Assembly: GCF_035084215.1 (NCBI RefSeq) | Contig: NW_027139581.1 | Span: 1,426,001 to 1,490,000 of the forward strand | Reading direction: 5' to 3' | DNA: 64,000 nt | From: Heptranchias perlo | Taxonomy: Eukaryota | Program-made: the position numbers and the translations under genes | Notes under the pieces: generated by a model | Database searches by the model: none | The model's input: only the letters and a program-made list of their open reading frames with translations | What the model was told of the DNA's origin: nothing | Part shown: piece by piece, positions 50,036 to 61,747 of the stretch | How the letters are laid out: each line of letters begins with the position of its first letter | How positions within the stretch are numbered: position 1 is the stretch's first letter

Positions 50036-50890
50036 TCAGGTTTCCTGATCTGGTGTCTCCCTCCATCAGCTGCCCCTGATCGTGTAAACAAGCCTGACTT
50101 CCTGATCCTGACTGCATTATCCACTCATTATACCCGTGATAGCCGCAATATACACCCCTGCCCCTGCACCACCACCCCCCGCCGTGTGTCTCCGTCTCAC
50201 TTCAGACGCTCAGTCCAGAAGGTGCCGGCTGTGGGCATTGCTTGACTGGTGTCCCATTGCCTCTGTGGAGATCACAGACTGCTGCATGGAGTCAGGTGAA
50301 ATAGAGAGCGGCGGACACGTGAAATGTAACATCAGCCCTGTAATCCCCACCCCCTGACCCTCAAAGTGTACCTGTCTGTGGACAGAGTTCTGTGTCTGGG
50401 AGTCAGACCGAGTGTCTGTGAGCAGCCGTTCTGTGGGGTTTTCACACGGTAGGAGGGCCGGTAACTGTCTTCCCCGGAGGGCAGGGGAAGGGGGAGAGTA
50501 AGGAGTCAATAAGAGGGGGTTCATCCTATGACATGTGAATGTCACTGCACCATTTTAAAGTTGGGTCTCCCCTAAACGGACACCAAGTGATTCATTGTAA
50601 AGTTTGTGTATCTCCGAGCCCCAGACAGCTTCCTTCAGACATCATTCAAACCAAAGGTGATGTGTGAAGGGGAAGCTCTGTTTGAAATGATGATTCTCGG
50701 TCAAACACAGCGCAGGGACTGGTCTGCACGGCGCGTCTGTGATGTCACAATACTCAGGGACAGTGTCATGGAACCGTCACAGCTTTATGACATCACTGAT
50801 AATGCAGTTCCTTGCAACCAACCTCGGAAACAACCTCACAGAACACTGCTTATTATGGGTTGTGTACAGCTCGGGGCCTTATCCGGAAGT

Positions 50891-52132
50891 CATGATGTGG
50901 AGATGCCGGTGATGGACTGGGGTTGACAATTGTAAACAATTTTACAACACCAAGTTATAGTCCAACAATTTTATTTTAAAATCACAAGCTTTCGGAGGCT
51001 TCCTCCTTCCTCAGGTGTATGTGGAAATGAAATCCTCGAAACTTTCGCATTTATAAATCACAGAACAATACCTGGTGATTACCGACAGTCTTTCCAACTG
51101 CCCGTTGCCAAGGCAATCAAAGTGTTCAGACAGAGAGGTGTTACCTATAGGGCCACCGAATATACAAACAACCAAAAAAAAAACAGAGGAGGAGAGGCAG
51201 AAGGATAGAAACATCCGGAAGGAAGAGAAAGACAGTAAATGACCCATTATATTAAAAACAGATAACTTTTGTTGCTGGTGGGGTTACATGTAGCGTGACA
51301 TGAACTCAAGATCCTGGTTGAGGCCGTCCTCATGGGTGCGGAACTTGGCAATCAATTTCTGCTCGACGATTTTGCGTTGTCGTGTGTCTCGAAGGCCGCC
51401 TTGGAGTACACTTACCCGAAGGTCGGTGGCTGAATGTCCTTGACTGCTGAAGTGTTCCCCGACTGGGAGGGAACCCTCCTGTCTGGCGATTGTTGCGCGG
51501 TGTCCGTTCATTCGTTATCGCAGCGTCTGCATGGTCTCGCCAATGTACCATTCTCTGGGGCATCCTTTCCTGCAACTTATGAGGTAGACAACGTTGGCCG
51601 AGTCACAGGAGTATGAACCATGCACCTGGGGGGTGGTGTCCTCTCGTGTGATGGTGGTATCTGTGTCGATGATCTGGCATGTCTTGCAGAGGTTACCGTG
51701 GCAGGGTTGTGTGGTGTCGTGGACGCTGTTCTCCTGAAAGCTGGGCAATTTGCTGTGAACGATGGTCTGTTTGAGGTTGGGTGGCTGTTTGAAGGCGAGT
51801 AGTGGAGGTGTGGGGATGGCCATAGCGAGGTGTTCGTCGTCATTGATGACATGTTGAAGGCTGCAGAGAACATGGCGCAGTTTCACCGCTCCGGGGAAGT
51901 ACTGGATGATGAAGGGTACTCTGTTGGTTGCGTCCCATGTAAGTCTTCTGAGGCCCTAATAAGAACGGGATATGATGCTCGACTCATCGATCGACAGTTC
52001 CGACGGGCCACAGCGAAAAATCGCATAGACCGCCACATGCACCTGAGAAAGGAGGAAGCCTCCGAAAGCTTGTGATTTTCAAATAAAATTGTTGGACTAT
52101 AACTTGGTGTTGTAAAATTCTTTACAATTGTC
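50891..52132 (-). mobile_element. 5'-truncated Penelope-like retroelement (GIY-YIG endonuclease) with 93-bp inverted pseudo-LTRs
   Basis: YSCDSANVVYLISCRKGCPREWYIGET..R*RMNGHR GIY-YIG motif (51284-51886); inverted repeats 50925-51017 and 52040-52132 differ at 3 positions. Confidence 0.9.
50983..51017 (-). ncRNA. Minimal type I hammerhead ribozyme motif in the Penelope pLTR
   Basis: cac-CTGAGGA-a-ggagg/aag/cctcc-GAAA-gc-TT-gtg: core, 5-bp stem II, palindromic AGCT stem III, cac/gtg stem I. Confidence 0.65.
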
Positions 52133-52169
52133 CAGGAGTGAAAGATGAGCTGTGTTCAATGTGTGTGGA

Positions 52170-55100
52170 GATCATTTTATACCCTGTACATCAACATTTT
52201 AAACCCGGTACATCACCACTTTATACCCTGTACATCAACATTTTAAAACCGGTACATCACCACTTTATACCTGGTACATCACCACTTTATACCGTGAACA
52301 TCACCACTTTATACCCTGTACATCACCACTTTATACCCTGTACATCACCACTCTATACACAATACATCACCACTTTATACCCTGTACATCACAACTTTAT
52401 ACCCTGTACATCACCACATTATACCGGATACATCACCACTTTAAACCCTGTACATCACCACTTTATACCCTGTACATCACCACTTTATACCCTGTGCATC
52501 ACCACATTATACCCACGACATCACCATTTTATACCCTGCACATCACCACTTTATACCCTGTGCATCACCACATTATACCCTGTACATCACCACTTTATAC
52601 CCAGAACATCACCACTTTATACCCTGTACATCACCACTTTATACCCTGTACATCACCACTTTATACCCTGTACATCACCACTTTATACCCTGTGCATCAC
52701 CACATTATACCCACGACATCACCATTTTATACCCTGTACATCACCACTTTATACCCTGTACATCACCACTTTATACCCTGTGCATCACCACATTATACCC
52801 ACGACATCACCATTTTATACCCTGAACATCACCACTTTAATACCTGTACATCACCACTTTATACACAATACATCACCACTTTATACCCTGTACATCTCCA
52901 CTTTATACCCTGTACATCACCACTTTATACCCTGTATATCACCACTTTATAACAAGTACATCACCACTTTATACCCAGTACATCTCCACTTTATACACTG
53001 TACATCACCACTTTATACCCTGTGCATCACCACTTTATACCCTGCACATCACCACTTTATACCCAATGCATCACCACTTTATAACCTGTGCATCACCACT
53101 TTATACCTCGTGCATCACAACTTTATACCCTGCACATCACCACTTTATACCCTGTACATCATTACTTTATACCCTGTACATCACCACTTTATACCCTGCA
53201 CATCACCACTTTATACCCTGTACATCACCACTTTATACCCTGTACATCACCACTTTATACCCTGTACATCACCACTTTATACCCTGTACATCACCACTTT
53301 ATACCCAATACATCACCACTTTATACCCTGTACATCACCACTTTATACCCTGTACATCATGACTTTATACCCTGTACATCACCACTTTATACCCTGTACA
53401 TCACCACTTTATACCCTGTACATCATTACTTTATACCCGGTACATCGCCACTTTATACCCTGTACATCACCACTTTATACCCAATACATCACCACTTTAT
53501 ACCCTGTACATCACCACTTTATACCCTGTACATCATGACTTTATACCCTGTACATCACCACTTTATACCCTGTACATCATGACTTTATACCCTGTACATC
53601 ACCACTTTATACCCTGTACATCACCACTTTATACCTTGTAAATCATCACTTTATATCCGGTACATCGCCATTTTGTACCCTGTACATCACCACTTTATAC
53701 CTCGTGCATCACAACTTTATACCCTGCACATCACCACTTTATACCCTGTACATCATTACTTTATACCCTGTACATCACCACTTTATACCCTGCACATCAC
53801 CACTTTATACCCTGTACATCACCACTTTATACCCTGTACATCACCACTTTATACCCTGCACATCACCACTTTATACCCTGTACATCACCACTTTATACCC
53901 TGTACATCACCACTTTACACCCTGTACATCACCACTTTATACCCTGTACATCACCACTTTATACCCAATACATCACCACTTTATACCCTGTACATCACCA
54001 CTTTATACCCTGTACATCATGACTTTATACCCTGTACATCACCACTTTATACCCTGTACATCACCACTTTATACCCTGTACATCATTACTTTATACCCGG
54101 TACATCGCCACTTTATAGCCTGTACATCACCACTTTATACCCAATACATCACCACTTTATACCCTGTACATCACCACTTTATACCCTGTACATCATGACT
54201 TTATACCCTGTACATCACCACTTTATACCCTGTACATCATGACTTTATACCCTGTACATCACCACTTTATACCCTGTACATCACCACTTTATACCTTGTA
54301 AATCATCACTTTATATCCGGTACATCGCCATTTTGTACCCTGTACATCACCACATTATACCTTGTACATCACTACATTCTACCTGGTACATCACCATTTT
54401 AAAACTTGTGCATCACCACTTTATACCCTGTACATCACCACTTTATACCCTGTACATCACCACTTTATACCCTGTACATCACCACTTTATACCCAATACA
54501 TCACCACTTTATACCCTGTACATCACCACTTTATACGCTGTACATCATGACTTTATACCCTGTACATCACCACTTTATACCCTGTACATCACCACTTTAT
54601 ACCCTGTACATCATTACTTTATACCCGGTACATCGCCACTTTATACCCTGTACATCACCACTTTATACCCAATACATCACCACTTTATACCCTGTACATC
54701 ACCACTTTATACCCTGTACATCATGACTTTATACCCTGTACATCACCACTTTATACCCTGTACATCATGACTTTATACCCTGTACATCACCACTTTATAC
54801 CCTGTACATCACCACTTTATACCTTGTAAATCATCACTTTATATCCGGTACATCGCCATTTTGTACCCTGTACATCACCACTTTATACCTCGTGCATCAC
54901 AACTTTATACCCTGCACATCACCACTTTATACCCTGTACATCATTACTTTATACCCTGTACATCACCACTTTATACCCTGCACATCACCACTTTATACCC
55001 TGTACATCACCACTTTATACCCTGTACATCACCACTTTATACCCTGCACATCACCACTTTATACCCTGTACATCACCACTTTATACCCTGTACATCACCA

Positions 55101-55648
55101 CTTTACACCCTGTACATCACCACTTTATACCCTGTACATCACCACTTTATACCCAATACATCACCACTTTATACCCTGTACATCACCACTTTATACCCTG
55201 TACATCATGACTTTATACCCTGTACATCACCACTTTATACCCTGTACATCACCACTTTATACCCTGTACATCATTACTTTATACCCGGTACATCGCCACT
55301 TTATAGCCTGTACATCACCACTTTATACCCAATACATCACCACTTTATACCCTGTACATCACCACTTTATACCCTGTACATCATGACTTTATACCCTGTA
55401 CATCACCACTTTATACCCTGTACATCATGACTTTATACCCTGTACATCACCACTTTATACCCTGTACATCACCACTTTATACCTTGTAAATCATCACTTT
55501 ATATCCGGTACATCGCCATTTTGTACCCTGTACATCACCACATTATACCTTGTACATCACTACATTCTACCTGGTACATCACCATTTTAAAACTTGTGCA
55601 TCACCACTTTATACCCTGAACATCATCACATTTTACCCTGTACATCAA
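52170..55648. repeat. 22-bp satellite (tacatcaccactttataccctg)n, ~158 copies, with higher-order repeats
   Basis: Direct reading; a variant landmark recurs at 53641, 54301, 54829 and 55489. Confidence 0.97.
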
Positions 55649-55955
55649 CTCTGGTGGGAGAGTCCACAGCAAGTGGGTGTATCCTTAAAATTACAGCTAG
55701 GCTGTTCAGACTTGATGTCTGAAAGCATTTCTTCACACAAAGAGTGGTGGAAATCTGGAACTCTCTTCCCCAAAAAGCTGTTGCGACTGGGGTCAATTGA
55801 AAATTCAGAACTGATATCGATAGATCTTTGCTAAGCGAGGGTATTAAGGGTTCCAAAACCAAGGGGGAAATGGAGTTCAGATTCAGATCAGCCATGATCG
55901 AATTGAAGGAGGAACAAGCCGGAGGGGCTCAATGGCCTCCTCCGGTAACTATGTC
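55648..55955 (+). mobile_element. CR1 3' end fragment
   Basis: ttcttcacacaaagagtggtggaaatctggaactctct...cagccatgatc 3'UTR. Confidence 0.8.
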
Positions 55956-56560
55956 TCTGAGGAGAAGTGAAATGATTACTCAAAGATGACTCTCTGGTCC
56001 TCACACCATGGGCTGCATGTGTTCAGGGTGAGCTGGGTACAGTTCATAGTTCATCCTCCCCAACCGCAGTCTTCAAAGGGACATTTTATTTGGTGAATTA
56101 CATAAAAGTCCATGGGACAGATAGACCAGGGGCCTTTAAAAGGCTGAAACCACTGATAATTGTACGCCTTCCTCCCTGGCTGCAGGTTGGTCCGAGGCCT
56201 TTTCCCCAATTTTTCCCTGGGGTTGCTGGGTACTCAGAGGCCTGTCCCCTGGGGCCTCTAAAATGACACAGCGACCTTCCCCGCCACGCCCGCTTTGTGT
56301 AAACACATGAAACAAGAGCCTGGCGGACTGGAGCTTCATCAACCCGCCCCAGGCCGCACCAGAGGACTTAGCGGGGCTCAAAACCAGCCGGAATCAAGCG
56401 GGACTGATCTCCGCGGACTTCCCCACATCTACCGTCCCGGTTAGTCACTTCATCAGGGCGGTGAAAGATGAAAACCGGCCTCACTGTGTTTGTATCACAG
56501 AGATGAGGGGATTGGGCAGAAAACCAGACCAACACCTTGTGATGATGGAAAGTCTTCTCA

Positions 56561-57459
56561 TTATTTAATGAATTTAACAATTCCAGTAAAGGGATATTTC
56601 ACCACATTCTTCAACTCCTCTCTGAATTTAGTCTGGGTCACGGCATAAATACACGTGTTGGTGCAGCAACTCAGGAGCTGGAGCATAAATCCCAGTTCTT
56701 GTACAAATTCAGGTGGAGACAGAGGAATAAAGTCCAATGTATACAATCGGTTCCATACAGAATACAACAGAATTACCACCCATAACAGGATAAAATTCCC
56801 CGATATAAGAAACAGCAAAATGATGGATTTCCTTCTCTTCTCCATCTCTGGGTCACTGGGACTCTCCCCACTGCTGTGGGCCCGGAGTCTCCTGCGGACT
56901 CTGCTCGACACTAAAATGTGTCTGACGGTTAAAGCATTGAGCAGCAGAATCAGAACAAATGGAACAAATGGGGTTGAAATATAATGAAGGAATTCAATTA
57001 CTGTCCACACCTGTGAATAAATAACATAATCTGATACATAACAAAACCAGGGAGAATTACTAAACCAATATTCACCTCCATACATAAAGAACCAGAAAGT
57101 GTTCTTCACACAGAACAGCACACTCACTGTTCCCAGAACCACAGCCGCCGTTTTCTCGGTGCAATATTTTGTTTTCAGCTTCTGGCAACAAATGGCCACA
57201 AATCGATCAAAGGTGAAAGTGACTGTGAACCAGACAGAACAGTCTGTGACTGCGTAAAGCAGGACGGCGTGAATATTACACACTTTAAAGTCCCAAATGA
57301 ACTCAAACTTATCCCAATAAAGAATAGGAATTTGCCTGAATATCAGATCAGTGATAACGACCAGTAGATCGGCCGCTGCCATGGACACCAGGTATCGGGT
57401 GACACATTTGGAGAGACCGCACCTTCCTCGAGACAGGATCACAATTGTCACTAAGTTTA
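56561..57459 (-). CDS. Main coding exon of a class A orphan GPCR, GPR139/GPR142-like
   Basis: Open frame (V)NLVTIVILSRGRCGLSKC...MAAADLL...FTFDRFVAICC...PFVPFVLILLLN...NTCIYAVTQTKFREEL with multiple hydrophobic helices; ttacag acceptor (AG at 57460-57461); N-terminal exon not found in the window. Confidence 0.85.
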
Positions 57460-57892
57460 CTGTAAGGAAGAGAAAAATAGGGAATTGTACTTCAGCCTGA
57501 GAGTAAAAGCAGCAGCCTGGTCGAATTCAGGGTGAAATGTTCAGCGTTATTATTGAATCCAGGGCGAGAATCTAATTCTTTTATCTGTGGCAGAACGTTC
57601 TGCTGTGGAGAGGATTTGTTTTAAAGCACCGCCCTGGTGTAGCAGGAAACCAAAACCACCAGCAGGCCCCAACTCCAATCCAGGGCCTGTACTGGGTCGG
57701 CAGTTGGAAGTTACAATGGCCTCAATGACCTTGGGTTAGGAGGGAAATAACCCAGGGTTCCGAGTCCTGATCACTGTCCTGTTTCCCTGCTGGAAACTGC
57801 GCATGTGTGGACTTTGGGTCAGCATATTTGGACTTGGCTGTGATTCCCTCCGAGGGGAAATTGTTCCATTTCTAAAATGATCACTTGAATGC

Positions 57893-59150
57893 AAGAAAAT
57901 CTTGCATTTATATCACGCCTTTCACGAACTCAGAACGTCCCAAAGCGCTTCACAGCCAGTGGCTTAGTTTTGAAGTGTGATTCAATCAATAATTAATTTC
58001 ACTGCAATTTGTACCATACAGTTTCTTTAACAAACATCCCAACGAACTTCACAGAGGCGTGATGAAAATGGACGCCAAGTCAAAGAATGAGAGATTCGGA
58101 GCTGTGAACGAAAGCTTGGGTGTATAGGAGGGTCTTAAAGGGGGAGATGGAGGTGGAGAGGAAGAAGAGTTTAAGGAGAAAATTTCAGAACGTGAGACGT
58201 CCGCGGCTCAACTCACGGCCACCACGAGTGGAGTGAAGGGAGTGGAGGATGGACAAGAGACTGGAGTCACGGCCACCACTGGTGGAGTGAAGGGAGAGGA
58301 GGATGGACAAGAGACTGGAGTCACGGCCACCACTGGTGGAGTGAAGGGAGAGGAAGATGGACATGAGGCAGGAGTCATGGCCATTATTGGTGGAGTGAAG
58401 GGAGAGGAGGATGGACAAGAGACTGGAGTCACGGCCATCACTGATGGAGTGAAGGGAGAGGAGGATGGAAAAGAGACTGGAGTCACGGCCACCACTGATC
58501 GAGTGAAGGGAGAGGAGGATGGACAAGAGACTGGAGTCACGGTCACCACTGGTGGAGTGAAGGGACAGGAGGGTGGACAAGAGACTGGAGTCACGGTCAC
58601 CACTGATGGAGTGAAGGGAGAGGAGGATGGACAAGAGACTGGAGTCATGGCCACCACTGGTGGAGTGAAGGGAGAGGAGGATGGACAAGAGACTGGAGTC
58701 ACGGCCACCACTGGTGGAGTGAAGGGAGAGGAGGGGGGACAAGAGACTGGAGTCACGGCCACCACTGGTGGAGTGAAGGGACAGGAGGGTGGACAAGAGA
58801 CTGGAGTCACGGCCACCACTGATGGAGTGAAGGGAGAGGAGGGTGGACAAGAGACTGGAGTCACGGCCACCACTGGTGGAGTGCACGACGAGGCATGTGG
58901 GTAAGACACTGGATTCACAGGACTGGAGAGTTGAGATTGAAGTGTGGGCCGGAGTTTTGTGGGATGTGATACAGGCAGCATAGTTTTGGATGAACTGAAG
59001 TTTACAGAAGATGGAGGATGGGAGACCAGCCGGGGGTGTATTTTGATCATCGAGTCTGGAGGTGATAAAGATTTGGTTGAGGGTTTCATGTGTTGATGTT
59101 GGGGCGGAGGCAGGTGATGTTTCAGCGGGAATGTCCTGGTACTGGGGGAA
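57893..59150 (-). mobile_element. SINE tail plus degenerate L2 LINE fragment hosting a 54-bp minisatellite
   Basis: TSRLD...AGLPSSIFCKLQFIQNYAA L2 ORF2 motif in ORF 58185-59183. Confidence 0.7.
58213..58884. repeat. 54-bp minisatellite, ~12 copies
   Basis: Unit ggagtgaagggagaggaggatggacaagagactggagtcacggccaccactggt. Confidence 0.95.
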
Positions 59151-59744
59151 TAATCCTGGAGTCGGTTTTTCAAATCCCACCAAGGCAAATCGTGAAATTC
59201 AATTGATCAAACCTGGTAATTTTATCAAAAAAATAGACGTGAAGAACTGCGGGATGGTTTGTAAAACCCCGCTGCCTCCCATTCTACCCAGTCAGACCGA
59301 CATGTAACTCCAGACCCAAACCATTGGTCGACTTTTAATGTCCTCTGATGTTATCCAGCAAGGCAGCCAATTGTAAACAATCGTCACAAGTTTCAGTAAT
59401 AGCAATACATTCCGATGGATCTGCCATCAGCGACCAAGGGATCGTAAAAGTAAACCAATCTCAGCACGTTCGGCCCTTCAAAGTTCTCTTCAATAACATC
59501 TGAGGGATGGTTCTCACGTTGAAAATTTTTCCCTAAAACGAGTTCAGGAACAGCCTGACATAATCGTACTCACAGAATCATGTCCATGAGCAAACATCGC
59601 TGATTCGTCCATCTTCATCTTGTCCCACCAGCAGGATAGACCCAAAAGAGGTCGGGATCAATGATACAAGAGGCCAGAGTTGGAGGAACACAGAGTTACC
59701 GAGACAGGGAGGGGAGAATCCACGGAGGGATTTGAACACGTGGA

Positions 59745-60485
59745 GAACAATCTCAGCTTCTCCAGTCTCTCCACATAACTGAAGTCCCTCATCCCTGGTA
59801 CCATTCTAGTAAATCTCCTCTGCACCCCCTCCAAAGCCTTGACATCCTTCCTAAAGTGTGGTGCCCAGAATTGGACACAATTGGAGAGCTGAGGCCTGAC
59901 CAGTGATTTATAACTAATGGTTAGTCGACACTTGGACGATTGTGCACAGTTTTGGAATCCATATTATAAAAAGGGAATAGATGCACTGGAAAGGGTGCAG
60001 AAGAGATTTACAGGGATGATGTCAGAACTGACAGGATATACTTATCATGAAAGGTTGAACAGGCTGTGGGTCTTTTGTCGAGGAAAGAGAAGGGTGAGGG
60101 GTGACATAATACAGATCTTTAAAATTATGAAGCACTTGAGAGGATAGACGTAGAGAAGACGTTTCCATATGTGGGAGAGGGGGAACAAAACTAGGGGACA
60201 TAAATATGAGATAGTCACCAATAATCCAATAAACAATTCAGGAGAAACGTATTTATGCAGAGAGTGGTTAGGATGTAGAACTCGCTACCACATTGAATAG
60301 TTGAAACGAATAGAATAGATGCATTTAAGGGGAAGTACATGAGGGAGAAAGGAATAGAAGGATATGCTGATATGGTGAGATGAAGTTGAATGGGAGGAGT
60401 CTCATGTGCAGCATAAACATCAACATTGGCCAGTTGGGCCGATTGGCCTGTTTGTGAGATGTAAATTCTATGTGAATCTATGAAA
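59745..60485. mobile_element. Two adjoining CR1 fragments in opposite orientation
   Basis: Minus fragment 59745-59910; plus ORF 59917-60147 ALERVQKRFTGM followed by a 3'UTR. Confidence 0.75.
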
Positions 60486-60489
60486 CATG

Positions 60490-61590
60490 AGGATAAGAAT
60501 TTGTAAATCGAGGCGTTGCTCGACCGGGAGACAATGTAGGTCAGCAAGCATAGGGGTGATGGGTGAACGGGACTTGGTATGATTTGGGATACGGGCAGCA
60601 GAGTTTTGGATGAGCTGAAATTTATGGAGGGGGTAGGCGGGAGAGCATTGGAATAGTCGGCTCTGGAGGTAACAAAACCATGGGTCAGGATTTCAGCAGT
60701 AGATGGGCTGAGGCAGGGGCGGAGACGGGAGATGTTAGGGAGGTGGAAGTAGGCGGTCTTGGTGATGGAGAGGATATGGGGTCAGAAGTTCAGCTCAGGG
60801 CCAAACAGAACGCCTACTAGTCCGGTTCAGCCTCAAAGTGGCCAGGGAGGGGGATGGAATCAGTAGCGAGGGAATGGAATTTGTGATAGGGGCTTCAGTC
60901 TTCCTAATTGGATGAACGTTCTGCTCATCCAGGACTGGATGTCGGAGAAGCAGTGTGACAAATCAGAGAGAGCGATGGGGTCGAGAGAGGCGGTGGTGAG
61001 GTATCGCTGGGTGTGTCAGTTACATGTGGAATCTGACTTTGTGTTTTGGATGATGTCGCCGAGGGAAAGCTTGAATATGTGAAATAGGAAGGGGTCAAGG
61101 ATTGTTCCTTGTTGGACACCAGAGATAACGGTGTGGGGGCGGGAAGATGAATCATTGCAGGAGATTCTCTGGCTCAGCCCCGATTGATAGGAATGGAAAC
61201 ACGCGAGGTCAGTCCCACCCAGTTCGACAAGGACGAGGGGCGTTGGAGGAGGATGGTGTGGTAACCCGTGTCAAAGGCTGCAGACGGGTCGAGAAGGATG
61301 AGGAGGGATAGTTTACCACGGTCAGTCACATGGGATGTTATTTGAAACTTTGATTAGGGCCGCTTCAGTGATGAATCAGGGTGGAAACCTGATTGGAAAG
61401 GTTCCAAATGCAGTTGTAGGAAAGATTGGCACGTATTTGAGATGCGACAACAGGTTCCAGGAGAGGAATGGGAGCTTGGAGATGGGGGCTGTAATTTGCA
61501 AGGACAGAGGGGTCATGGATGGGTTTTTTGAGGATGGGGTGATGACGGCAGATTTGAGGAGGGTGACACTACCAGACAAGAGAGAACCGT
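60490..61590 (-). mobile_element. Degenerate L2 LINE RT fragment
   Basis: KSAVITP...PISKLPFLS motifs; similar to 4400-4900. Confidence 0.75.
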
Positions 61591-61747
61591 GAATGAAAGA
61601 TTTAACTTTACCCCTTTGGACATTACATTTGGACATTGTAAGTTTAAACTGCAAAGGCAGCAATGTGCAGAAACTTTGAGAAGATTCGGTTTTCAACAAC
61701 AACTGATAAGAATGAAAGTAACGGTGTGTAGAAGCTTCGAGAAGTTT

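Noticed and set aside
52138-55834. His-rich ORFs up to 466 aa
   Set aside because: Translations of the 22-bp satellite in stop-free frames.
56360-56400. tRNA-like 3' half (ggctcaaaaccagccggaatca)
   Set aside because: No GTTC T-loop, D-arm or acceptor stem could be folded.
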